Assembly: GCA_038244345.1 (NCBI GenBank)
Contig: JBBRTO010000002.1
Location: 2,949-66,948 of the forward strand
From: Sphingomonadales bacterium
GTDB taxonomy: Bacteria; Pseudomonadota; Alphaproteobacteria; Sphingomonadales; Sphingomonadaceae
DNA length: 64,000 nt
Reading direction: 5' to 3'
A program made the position numbers and the translations under genes. The notes beneath the pieces were generated by a model, which saw nothing but the letters and a program-made list of their open reading frames with translations, made no database searches and had not been told where the DNA came from. This document shows, in pieces, positions 38,813-48,265 of the stretch; position 1 is the first letter of the stretch; each line of letters opens with the position of its first letter.

Positions 38813-41581
38813 GTAGAAGGAAATGCTGAGCGAGCCCGAGACGGTGCGCGGGGCACCGATCTGGACGAACGGCGGAGCGCCGTAGACACCAGTCGATGCG
38901 CTGATCGTCTGGTTAAGGCCACCGCCGAACCCGCCGACGTAGAATTTGTCGAACAGGTTGTAGACGTTGAGCTGGAAGTAGGTCTCCTTGAGTCCGACGA
39001 ACTTCATGTTCAGCCGCGCATCAAGGTTGACCAGCCAGTAGGCCGGAGCAGTCGAGGTGTAGATCTGCTGCGGCGAGGCCAGCGGAACGGTCAACGGACA
39101 ACCCGCCAATACGGTACCGGGACAATCGACGTCGCCGCGGAATATCGCCGCGCCATTGTCGAAGATCTGACGCGGGCCGGTTCGCTTGGCGGTGATGCCA
39201 AGGTCAACCGGTCCGAGCGAACCAAGCGCCGAGAAGCCGTAGGTATATTTCGGCGATCCCGATTCGCGACGTCCGGCGGTGAAGGCGCAGTTACGTAGCG
39301 CACTCGGAGTTCCCGGGGTGATGTTGTCGCAAGTCACGCCGACCGGCAGCAAACCGGTCTGGATGTTGTCCTGGATCCGCGACTGATTCCACGATCCGAA
39401 GGTGTAGAGCGTGAACTGCTTGACCGGCGAGTAAGCGAACGAGCCGTCGATGCCCCACTTATTGACCGTCCCCAGGTTGCGGAAGACGGTCGCGTTGAGC
39501 TCTGGGTCGTAACCCGAGGCGGTGCGGTTGTTGAACTTGGTGTACCAGCCCGCAATCTGCGCCTGAACCTTGGTGCTGCGATAACGGAAGCCGCCGTCGA
39601 AGCTGGTGGTGGTTTCCGGCGCCGGCTTGGCCTGCGACGTTCCGGCCGGGAAGAAAAAGGCGTTGTAGAGGTTGTCGGTCGACGGCACCGACAGGCCCTT
39701 GGCATAATTGCCGAAGGCGCTGATTCGCGGCGTGACGTCATAGACGAAGCCGATGTTCGGAAGCACGTCGTTATACTTGAGCGTCCGCTTGCCCGGAGGG
39801 GCAAAGCCGGACACGGAACCGAGCACCGCTCCGACGGGCGGAGTGAAGGTGTACGGATTGTTCGCGGCGATGATTGCATCGAGCGCCGCATCGCCACCCG
39901 AACATTCGACGAAACCGCCGGCCGAGCTGGTGAAGCAGCGATTGTCTAGCTTGCGCGTGAAATAGGGCAGACGGAGGCCGGCAGTGACCGTCAGACGATC
40001 GTCGAAGAATTCGCCACGATACTCCGCCGAAACCTGGTTGAGGATCGCCAACGATTGACGATCGCGCTTCTGCAGCGGCGACCCGTTGCTGGCGTGAAGC
40101 GGGTCGTTGACCGGGAACACGTCGAACGGCTCGCCGGTGCGATCGAGCAGGCCAACTTGGCCGGTCTGGCGATGGTCGGCATGGTCAAGCGTGTAGTTCA
40201 GGCGGATCGTGTGATGCTGGTTGATCGCCCAGCGGAGGCCGACGATGACGCCATAGCGTTTGGTGCGGGTCTGGCTCGGTGCGAGCACGGTGACGGTGTC
40301 GAGGATGTCGCCGTCGCCGTTGAGGTCCCGGCCGCCGGCATAGGGACTTCCGCCGAAGTAACCCCCGATGCAATTGACTGTCGCGCTGTTGGCCGTGGTC
40401 GAGCAATTGGCGCGGCCACCGGTCGGGTTGATATCGAAGCCATATTCGCGCGCCGGCGAACTGATTGAGGTCGTGCCGCCGCCGTTGGCTTTCACTGTCT
40501 GATAGCTGGGGTCGATCGTCAGGGTCAAAGAGTCGGTCAGCGTGAAGCGAGACTGGGCCTTGATGTTGCCGGTGTTCGCCGGGTTGTAGCGACGGTCGAA
40601 CTCGGTGCCGCAGCTGGCGAGATCGAGGGTCGCGGCGGTCGGCGCGTCGGCGACGCCAGCCTGCGGCGTGTCGGTTTGGCACGGATAGTTGATATCGAAT
40701 TCGCGCTCGTCGCGGCTGGTCGGGTAGCGCTGGGTGCTGTTGGGACCGACCGTCCGCGGACGAAGATCCGTCGCGCTCTGGGTGCGGTCGGTGCGCAGCG
40801 GGAGCGAGCCGAAGAAATTATTGCGGAGCTGGTTGTAGTTGCCGGCGAGCGAGATGAAATCGCCGTTGCTGCCGAGCGGCTGGTAGATCTTCGCGTTATA
40901 CTGCTGCTTGTCGACTTTGCCGTAATTGTTGAACGGATTGTCGTTCTTGGCGGTGCTGACCGCGAAGTAGGAGCGGGTGCCCCATGGGCCGATCTCGCCG
41001 GTGTCGATCACCGCGAAGATGCGGCGGAAGTCGAACTGGCCGAGCGATCCGACGACCCGACCGCCGAATTGCTTGCTCGGCGTGCGGGTGCGCAAATTGA
41101 CCGTTCCGCCGACCGCCGAGGCGGTGGGCGAATCGACGTCGGTGGTGCCCAGGTTGACGTTGACCTGGTCGATCAACTCAGGGTCGATCTGCTGGCCGGA
41201 AAAGATCGCATAATTGCCCGAATCGTTGAGCGGGATGCCGTCGAAGGTCAGGCTGATGCGCGACGAATCGAAACCGCGGATGTTGAGCGTTCCGCCCGAC
41301 GAGCCATAGGCGTCATTGTTCTGAAAGCTGACGCCCGGGACGGCGTTGATCGTGTCGAGGATCGTCTGGCCGGGGTTCTGGCGAGCGATATATTCCTGGG
41401 TCAGGACCGCCTTGGCCTTCGACGTGTCGGGAGCAACGACGCCGCCGACCTGCTGGGCGCGGGTGCCGGTGATGACGATCGCCTCTTCCTTCTTTTCGAA
41501 GTCCTGAGTGCCGGTCGATTGAGCGAAAGCGGCAGTCGGAAAGATAACCGCCGACGTGCAGAGAAGAACGAGCTTTTTCAC
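38813..41581 (-). CDS. TonB-dependent receptor (expected stop appears as TAC)
   Basis: GTG start, signal peptide, IVITGTR TonB box, IRGFD plug, NLFDKFY, GAPRT, barrel ends SLSISF at 38816. Confidence 0.9.
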
Positions 41582-41776
41582 GGTGTTAGACCCCCCAAGG
41601 GTAAGCGCTGAATTGCGAGTCGCTGTGCCTGCTATAGCCACAATGAGACGGTTAAATGACGGTCCACAGGGGACCATTAAGGAATATGACAATGCGTTGC
41701 TGGAATGCCACGCCGGCGCCTGACCGGCCCCGCTGGGCGAGGCCTAAAGCAAGTTTTTCGCCTGATTACAAGAGTG

Positions 41777-42457
41777 TCAGTAAGCTTGGTGGTCGCGCCC
41801 CTGATTGAGCCCCCGGTCGAGCCGACGCCCGATCGCCACGAACAGGTAGATTAGCGGCGGAACGATGATCAGCGACAGTGTCACTTTAGCAAGCATCTGC
41901 CCGAGCAAAAGCTCGCGGATCGGGAACACGCCGTAAAAAGCGACTCCGATGAAAATCAACGTATCGACCACCTGGCTCAGGCCACTCGCGACTGCCGAGC
42001 GGAACCACAGCAACTTGCCTCGCTCGCGCTTCAGCCGGGTGAAAATGGTGACGTTGAGCAAGGTCGATATGCCGTAAGCCAAAATCCCGCCGAGCCAGAT
42101 CCTGGGGGTGCCGCCCATCATGGTCTCGAAGGCGCTAAGCCGCGCCGGGTCCATCGCCGGGGCCGCGGGCACGCGCAGCACGATCAGGGTCAGCAGCAGC
42201 GAGCCGAGCAACGGCACGAAGCCGAGCAGCACCAGTTTGTTGGCGGTCTCGCGGCCGTGCAATTCGGCCACTGCGCTCGACGTAATGACCAATAGCAGGA
42301 AAGCGAAAATCCCCGCCTCGACCGCGAGCGGGCCAAGCGCGACCTGCTTGTTGCCGAGCACGCCGGCGATACACACCATCCCGCCGTAGAAGACGGCGAA
42401 GGCAAACAGGGAAGGACGGATGCCGGTGGCGGTGGGGTCGGTGGACTCATTGCTCAT
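41777..42457 (-). CDS. Queuosine precursor transporter (VUT/YhhQ family)
   Basis: AELHG, PRIWLGG.LAY, LWFRS..SQVVDTLIF motifs. Confidence 0.85.
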   Translation of the reverse strand: MSNESTDPTATGIRPSLFAFAVFYGGMVCIAGVLGNKQVALGPLAVEAGIFAFLLLVITSSAVAELHGRETANKLVLLGFVPLLGSLLLTLIVLRVPAAPAMDPARLSAFETMMGGTPRIWLGGILAYGISTLLNVTIFTRLKRERGKLLWFRSAVASGLSQVVDTLIFIGVAFYGVFPIRELLLGQMLAKVTLSLIIVPPLIYLFVAIGRRLDRGLNQGRDHQAY

Positions 42458-42539
42458 GGCGGCGAAGGCCTAACGGCTTTGCCTGCCCCCGCAAGGGTTT
42501 TGTTGACCAGCCCCGACCCACGCGGCTAGCGCGCGCTCC

Positions 42540-43532
42540 GTGACCCAGCCCGCCATCGACATCATCGCCATCGGCGACGCCATCGTCGACGTCATCGCGA
42601 CCTGCGACGACGCCTTCCTCGATGCGCATCATCTGCCCAAGGGCGGGATGCAATTGCTCGACAGCGTTTCGGCCGACCGGCTGTATGCGGCGATGGGCAA
42701 TGCGCGCGAGACGAGTGGCGGGTCGGCGGCCAATTCGATGGCCGGGATCGCCGCGATGGGCGGCCGCGCGGCGTTCATCGGCCAGGTCGCGAACGACCAG
42801 TTGGGCGACATCTTCCGCCACGACATGCAGGCGCTCGGGGTGCGGTTCGACACGCCGCCGCTGACCGACCCGGGCTCGCCGCCGACCGGGCGCTGCCTGA
42901 TCCTCGTCACCCCCGACGCCCAGCGGACGATGAATACGTCGCCCGGCGCATCGCACCTGCTTGCGCCCGCTGCGCTCGACGAGGAATTGATCGCGTCTGC
43001 GGCGATCCTCTACCTCGAAGGCTATTTGTTCGGCCCCGAACTGCCGCGTGCAGCGATGATGCGGGCGATCGATATCGCGCATGACGCGGGGCGCGAAATC
43101 GCCTTCACGCTGTCGGAAAGCGTGTGCCTCGCCGGCCGCCGCGAGGCGTTCACCAGCATGATCGATCGGGGCGGAGTAGATTTGCTGTTTGCCAATGAGG
43201 ATGAGGCGCTCCAGCTGACCGGCGCGGCGGCGCTCGGCGAGGCACTTGCGATGCTCGCCGGCAAGGTCCCGACCTTGGTCATCACTCGCGGCGCCGAGGG
43301 GGCGCTGGCGCTCGACCAAGGAGAGGGGGTCGAGGTTCCAGCGGCCCCGGTCGGCACCGTTGTCGACACCACCGGGGCGGGCGATTTGTTCGCCGCCGGC
43401 TTCCTCGTCGCCCGGGCGCGCGGGCACGAACTGGGCCGTTGTTTGGAAACCGGTGCAGTCGCCGCAGCGGAAATCATCTCGCACTTCGGCGCCCGCCCCG
43501 AAGCCGACCTTCGAACCTTGGTGAAGCTATGA
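42540..43532 (+). CDS. PfkB-family adenosine kinase-like protein
   Basis: IGDAIVD, SGGSAANS, FANEDE, DTTGAGDLFAAGF. Confidence 0.9.
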   Translation: MTQPAIDIIAIGDAIVDVIATCDDAFLDAHHLPKGGMQLLDSVSADRLYAAMGNARETSGGSAANSMAGIAAMGGRAAFIGQVANDQLGDIFRHDMQALGVRFDTPPLTDPGSPPTGRCLILVTPDAQRTMNTSPGASHLLAPAALDEELIASAAILYLEGYLFGPELPRAAMMRAIDIAHDAGREIAFTLSESVCLAGRREAFTSMIDRGGVDLLFANEDEALQLTGAAALGEALAMLAGKVPTLVITRGAEGALALDQGEGVEVPAAPVGTVVDTTGAGDLFAAGFLVARARGHELGRCLETGAVAAAEIISHFGARPEADLRTLVKL

Positions 43533-44101
43533 TCAAGCGACTCGCGGTCTATTGCGGCTCGGCTCCCGGAGCCGACCCCGAGTTCGCCGAGGCAACTCGC
43601 CATCTCGGCAGGGTCATGGCCGAACGGGACATCGATCTCGTCTATGGCGGCGGCAAGCTCGGGCTGATGGGGATCATCGCCGACACCGTCCTTGAGCGCG
43701 GTGGCAAGGTCTATGGAGTGATCCCGGAGGCCCTGGTCGCGCACGAAGTCGCCCACCGCGGCTGCACCGAATTGTTCACCGTCGCGACGATGCACGAGCG
43801 CAAGGCCAAGATGACCGAATTGTGCGATGCTTTCGTCGCGCTGCCCGGCGGCATTGGAACGCTCGACGAATTGTTCGAAGCCTGGACCTGGAACGCGCTT
43901 GGTTATCACGCGCAGCCATTCTGCCTGCTCAACGTCAATGGTTTCTGGGACGGGCTTGCCGGCTTCATGGATCACGTCGTCGCCAGCGGGTTCCTGAGCA
44001 ATGCTCGGCGCACGCAACTGCTCAAGGCCGAAACCCCGGGCCAAGCCATCGACCTACTGGACGCCGCTTCGAAAAGCGCCGCACAAGGGGTCACCTGGTA
44101 A
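43529..44101 (+). CDS. LOG family nucleotide phosphoribohydrolase (TIGR00730-type)
   Basis: VYGGGKLGLMG, MHERK, LPGGIGTLDE. Confidence 0.93.
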   Translation: MIKRLAVYCGSAPGADPEFAEATRHLGRVMAERDIDLVYGGGKLGLMGIIADTVLERGGKVYGVIPEALVAHEVAHRGCTELFTVATMHERKAKMTELCDAFVALPGGIGTLDELFEAWTWNALGYHAQPFCLLNVNGFWDGLAGFMDHVVASGFLSNARRTQLLKAETPGQAIDLLDAASKSAAQGVTW

Positions 44102-44126
44102 TCGCCTTGGGAGGGGCGGCGTTTTC

Positions 44127-45407
44127 ATGAATCAATCCATGCTCGGTGTCGTCGGCATTGTCGCAATCATCCTCATCGCGATCCTGTTCTCGTCCAACCG
44201 CCGCGCGATCCGTCCGCGCGTGGTCGGCGCGGCGTTCGCGCTGCAGGCGCTGATCGCCTTCCTCGTGTTGCGCACGACCGGCGGGCGGACGGTGATCCAG
44301 GGGATGTCCGATGGCGTTTCGAAACTGCTTGGCTATGCCGGCAAGGGTACCGAATTCCTGTTCGGCGCGCTGGCCAGCGATCCGTTGGGCAAGAATTTCG
44401 CCTTGCTCGCGCTGCCGGTGATCGTGTTTTTCGCGGCCTTGGTCTCAATCCTTTACTATCTCGGGATCATGCAGCGCGTGGTGCGCTGGGTTGTCGGCGG
44501 GATCGTCTGGATTACCGGGATCAGCCGGGTCGAAAGCCTTGGCGCGGCAGCCAACATCTTCGTCGGCCAGTCGGAAAGCCCGCTGGTTGTTCGGCCGTAT
44601 CTGGCGGCGCTCGCGCCAAGCCACATGTTCACGCTGATGACCGTCGGAATGGCCGGGGTCGCCGGGACCATCCTCGCCGCTTATGCCGGGCTGCTGGGCG
44701 AGAAATATCTGCCGTTCCTGTTGGCGGCCGCCTTCATGTCGGCACCGGGCGGAATACTGATGGCCAAGCTGGTCATGCCCGACGATCCCGCGCCCAAGGA
44801 CGAGCTTGCGCTGGAAGGCGGCGTGGCAATTGCGGCGCCCGAGGACAATCTCGAAATCCACGGTTTCGAAGAAGGCGAACAGCCGGCCAATATCATCATG
44901 GCCGCCGGGCAGGGCGCGCAGACCGGGGTCAAGCTGGCGGTTGCGGTCGGGGCGATGGTGCTCGCGTTCGTGGCGCTGGTGGCCCTCGCCAACGGCATAT
45001 TGAGCGGGATCGGCGGTTTGGTGGGCCATCCCGAATGGAGCTTCCAAGGCGCGATCGGAGCGCTGTTCGCGCCGGTGATGTATCTGATCGGAATCCCGTG
45101 GAACGAGGCAGGGGTCGCCGGCGGGTTGTTCGGAACCAAGGTCGTGCTCAACGAATTCGTCGCCTTCATCGACCTCGGCAATGCTGCTGGCCCGGCCGCA
45201 ATCCTTAGCGCGCGGAGCCGGGCGATCGTCACCTTCGCCTTGTGCGGTTTTGCCAATTTCAGTTCGATCGCGATCCAGCTGGCGGTGGTCGGCAACCTCG
45301 CGCCCAACCAGCGCCCGGTGATCGCGCGCTTGGGATTGAAAGCGCTGCTCGCCGGCAGCCTCGCCAATCTGATGAGCGCCGCGTTGGCCGGGCTGATGCT
45401 GCCCTGA
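44127..45407 (+). CDS. NupC/CNT concentrative nucleoside transporter
   Basis: AANIFVGQSESP, KVVLNEFVAF, FALCGFANFSSI, GSLANLMSA. Confidence 0.93.
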   Translation: MNQSMLGVVGIVAIILIAILFSSNRRAIRPRVVGAAFALQALIAFLVLRTTGGRTVIQGMSDGVSKLLGYAGKGTEFLFGALASDPLGKNFALLALPVIVFFAALVSILYYLGIMQRVVRWVVGGIVWITGISRVESLGAAANIFVGQSESPLVVRPYLAALAPSHMFTLMTVGMAGVAGTILAAYAGLLGEKYLPFLLAAAFMSAPGGILMAKLVMPDDPAPKDELALEGGVAIAAPEDNLEIHGFEEGEQPANIIMAAGQGAQTGVKLAVAVGAMVLAFVALVALANGILSGIGGLVGHPEWSFQGAIGALFAPVMYLIGIPWNEAGVAGGLFGTKVVLNEFVAFIDLGNAAGPAAILSARSRAIVTFALCGFANFSSIAIQLAVVGNLAPNQRPVIARLGLKALLAGSLANLMSAALAGLMLP

Positions 45408-45427
45408 TTTTTTGCTAAGAGCCTCGT

Positions 45428-46378
45428 ATGACCGACATTCTGACCAGCGACACTGTCGCCTCGGTGTCTCTCAAGGACGCCGACCGCAACCCGGAAGTTT
45501 TTGCCGAGAAACTGGGTACCAGCTTCGTCGATTACGGCTTCGCGATCGTCCGCGATCACGGCATCCCGCAGGAGCTGATCGACCGCGCGGAGACGATGGC
45601 CAAGGCATTGTTCGCGCTGCCCGAGGAGGCGAAGCGCGCCTATCTGATTGGCGGCGGGGGCGGCGCGCGCGGTTATACCGCCTTCGGGGTCGAGACCGCG
45701 AAGGGTGGAACGGCGTCCGATCTCAAGGAATTCTGGCACGTCGGGCGCGAGCTTGCCGCTGGGCACCAGTTTCGCGACGTGATGGCCGACAATGTCTGGC
45801 CGACCGAGATTCCGGGTTTCAAAGAGACGTTTCTCGAACTTTATGAGGCGTTCGACACGGCGGGCCTCAAAGTGCTCCGCGCCATCGCCCGCTTCTTGCA
45901 GGTCGATGAGGACTATTTCACCGACACGGTGCGCGACGGCAATTCGGTGATGCGGCTGCTGCATTATCCGCCGGTCGACAAACCATCCGGCAACCATATT
46001 CGCGCCGGCGCGCATGAGGATATTAATACCATCACCTTGCTGCTCGGCGCCGAGGAAGCCGGCCTTCAGCTCAAGACCAGGGACGGCCGCTGGCTTCCGG
46101 TCAGCCCCAAGCCCGGCGAATTGGTGGTCAATATCGGCGACATGCTGCAGCGACTGACCAACGGTCGGTTGCGGTCGACCAGCCATCGGGTGGTCAATCC
46201 GGCCCCCGACCGGGCGTCGAAGGCACGTTACTCGATGCCCTTCTTCCTCCACTTTCGTCCCGATTTCATGATCGAGGCACTGCCCGGGACGGTGCCGGCG
46301 GGGGAGCAGCCCAAATGGCCGCCGATCTCGAGCCACGACTATCTCCAGGAGCGGTTGCGCGAGATCAAGCTGGCGTAA
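45428..46378 (+). CDS. Isopenicillin N synthase-family 2OG-Fe(II) dioxygenase
   Basis: GFAIVRDHGI, DLKEFW, LLHYPP, HED, NIGDML, STSHRV, RYS. Confidence 0.92.
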   Translation: MTDILTSDTVASVSLKDADRNPEVFAEKLGTSFVDYGFAIVRDHGIPQELIDRAETMAKALFALPEEAKRAYLIGGGGGARGYTAFGVETAKGGTASDLKEFWHVGRELAAGHQFRDVMADNVWPTEIPGFKETFLELYEAFDTAGLKVLRAIARFLQVDEDYFTDTVRDGNSVMRLLHYPPVDKPSGNHIRAGAHEDINTITLLLGAEEAGLQLKTRDGRWLPVSPKPGELVVNIGDMLQRLTNGRLRSTSHRVVNPAPDRASKARYSMPFFLHFRPDFMIEALPGTVPAGEQPKWPPISSHDYLQERLREIKLA

Positions 46379-46426
46379 CGACTGATCGGCAGGCGCCGAC
46401 GTCCCGGCTTGTTGTTTTAGGTTCAT

Positions 46427-46452
46427 GCAACGGTGCGGTTCGCCGACTGGTT
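46427..46452 (+). promoter_or_regulatory. Candidate EcfG/SigT general stress promoter
   Basis: GCAAC-N17-GGTT, 50 nt upstream of ATG 46503; one mismatch to GGAAC. Confidence 0.45.
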
Positions 46453-46502
46453 ATAGCCTTCGACCCCGATCTACTCGGGCTCCAGATTGAAGGACTTATC
46501 TT

Positions 46503-47048
46503 ATGAACCGGATCATCCTCTCGGCGCTCACGCTTGCCGTCGCTTCGCCCGTGCTGGTGCCGGCTCCCGCCGTCGCTCAGAACGGTTACCAGCGCGAAGT
46601 GCGCCAGTGTAATCGTGAGCTTCGCCGGATCGGCGACAATGTTGGATATATTGCCAATCTTCGCCAGTGTAACCGGGAACTTCGCCGCGCTGAGAATCGC
46701 ACCAATCGTGCCCAGAACCAGAATTGGCGGCAGTACAACCGTTACGATTACAACCGCTACGAGCAAGGCTATAATACGTATAATGCCGACCGTTATTATC
46801 GCGATGGCAATCATTATGCAGAACGCCGCCTGACCACCAACGACCGCATCTATCGCGGCCAGAACGGGCGTTATTATTGCCGCCGCAATGACGGCACGAC
46901 CGGATTGATCATCGGCGGTGGACTTGGCGCGCTTGCCGGTAACCAGATCGACCTTGGCGGGTCGAAGACCGTCCGCACCATCATCGGTGGCGCGGCAGGG
47001 GCGATCATCGGACGCGAAATCCAACGTGGCGGCATGCGCTGCAACTAG
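46503..47048 (+). CDS. Secreted glycine-zipper 2TM domain protein
   Basis: Signal peptide, YYCRRNDGTTGLIIGG glycine zipper, C-terminal RC. Confidence 0.85.
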   Translation: MNRIILSALTLAVASPVLVPAPAVAQNGYQREVRQCNRELRRIGDNVGYIANLRQCNRELRRAENRTNRAQNQNWRQYNRYDYNRYEQGYNTYNADRYYRDGNHYAERRLTTNDRIYRGQNGRYYCRRNDGTTGLIIGGGLGALAGNQIDLGGSKTVRTIIGGAAGAIIGREIQRGGMRCN

Positions 47049-47071
47049 CCGCCGCAACACTGACGCAAATG

Positions 47072-47103
47072 AGGGGCCGGCGGCGACGCTGGCCCCTTTC
47101 TTT
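47072..47103 (+). terminator. Rho-independent terminator
   Basis: AGGGGCCGGCG-gcga-CGCTGGCCCCT followed by TTCTTT. Confidence 0.75.
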
Positions 47104-47252
47104 GCGTTCGGCGGCGATGTGGCGTATCAGGCTATTGCTACCAGTCGCATGACGTGGGTTACGAGCGGTGCGACCGCTATCTCCTTCTTCTCCGCCTCTT
47201 CTAGCCTAAGGCGGATCGACAATCGGTCTGCCTGATGGGAAGGACCCAATCA

Positions 47253-47459
47253 ATGCCCCAAGGTACCGTCAAATTCTTCAATAAAATGAAGGGCTTCGGC
47301 TTCATCACTCAGGACGGCGGCGGAAACGACGCCTTTGTCCACATCAGCGCGGTGGAAGCCGCTGGCTTGTCGGGACTGGATTCTGACCAGCGCGTCTCGT
47401 TCGATCTCGAGCCGGACCGCCGCGGCCGCGAAAGCGCGACCAACCTCAAGCTGATCTAA
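47253..47459 (+). CDS. Cold-shock protein (CspA family)
   Basis: GTVKFFN..KGFGFI, DAFVHISA. Confidence 0.95.
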   Translation: MPQGTVKFFNKMKGFGFITQDGGGNDAFVHISAVEAAGLSGLDSDQRVSFDLEPDRRGRESATNLKLI

Positions 47460-47553
47460 GCTTCGAGGGCGAATTAATCGGTCTGGTCGCGCAAGAGCGT
47501 GGCCGGGCCATTCCGACACCCAAGCAACGCGTTAGAAAGTCGACCCAAGGACT

Positions 47554-47760
47554 ATGTCGAACCAGACCAATTTCTACCGCGAGCGCGCCGCCGAAGCCCG
47601 CGGACGTGCCGACGCGACCGAATTGAGCAACGTCAAGGAAAGCCACATCCGCTCGGCGACCGCGTGGGAACTGCTCGCCTCTCGCTCGGAAAAATCCGAC
47701 CGCCTGCGCGAGGCCGAACTGGTCCGCAAGGCCGAGACCCCGGCTGTCGTCAGTTATTGA
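47554..47760 (+). CDS. Hypothetical protein (68 aa)
   Basis: AAGGA RBS; FYRERAAEAR...LSNVKE...AW helical small protein. Confidence 0.7.
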   Translation: MSNQTNFYRERAAEARGRADATELSNVKESHIRSATAWELLASRSEKSDRLREAELVRKAETPAVVSY

Positions 47761-47763
47761 GGC

Positions 47764-48207
47764 CTAACCGCCGTCCGTGAGGCTGGCCGGGCCGAAACCG
47801 AATGGGATGAGCGCGCCAATTGTGTGGCGTTCGACCGTTTGTCCGTCACCGCTAGCACAAAGGATTTCGATGTCGCGGCCGCTTAGCTGGGCGGCTTCGA
47901 GGATTGACTGGCGGCACCCGCCGCAGGGCGTGACCGCGGCTTTCCCGGCAAGCTCCGCCCCCGAGCCATCGCCGCCCGCGACCGCGATCCTGGCGACCTT
48001 GTCGAGCCCGAACTTTGCTTGAGCGGCGCTCAGCGCGCTGACCTCCGCGCACAGCCCGAGTCGGTAGCAGGCGTTTTCCATATTGGCCCCGGTCGCCACC
48101 TCGCCGTCGATGCTGAGGATGGCGCATCCTACGGAGAATTTCGAATAAGGCGCATAAGCGCGCAAAGCGACCACGCGTGCAGCGGCGATCAATTCCTGGT
48201 CTGTCAT
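47764..48207 (-). CDS. cdd: Cytidine deaminase (homotetrameric type)
   Basis: AYAPYSKF, GANMEN, CAE, PCGGCRQ zinc motifs. Confidence 0.92.
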   Translation of the reverse strand: MTDQELIAAARVVALRAYAPYSKFSVGCAILSIDGEVATGANMENACYRLGLCAEVSALSAAQAKFGLDKVARIAVAGGDGSGAELAGKAAVTPCGGCRQSILEAAQLSGRDIEILCASGDGQTVERHTIGALIPFGFGPASLTDGG

Positions 48208-48265
48208 GCAATTGACCTTAGTCGGCGCGATAGCGAAAATCATCTCGACAATGCGGAGTGAGTGA

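Noticed and set aside
37361-41692. Genuine 1443-aa TonB receptor-DctA fusion protein
   Set aside because: The two parts belong in different membranes, an internal terminator and intact separate termini are present, and a single-base change restores the stop.
44681-46426. 581-aa minus-strand ORF
   Set aside because: Antisense shadow of nupC and the dioxygenase.
47104-47252. sRNA or thermosensor in the csp leader (CTCCTTCTTCTCC tract)
   Set aside because: Plausible for a csp 5' UTR, but no structure or family could be supported by eye.
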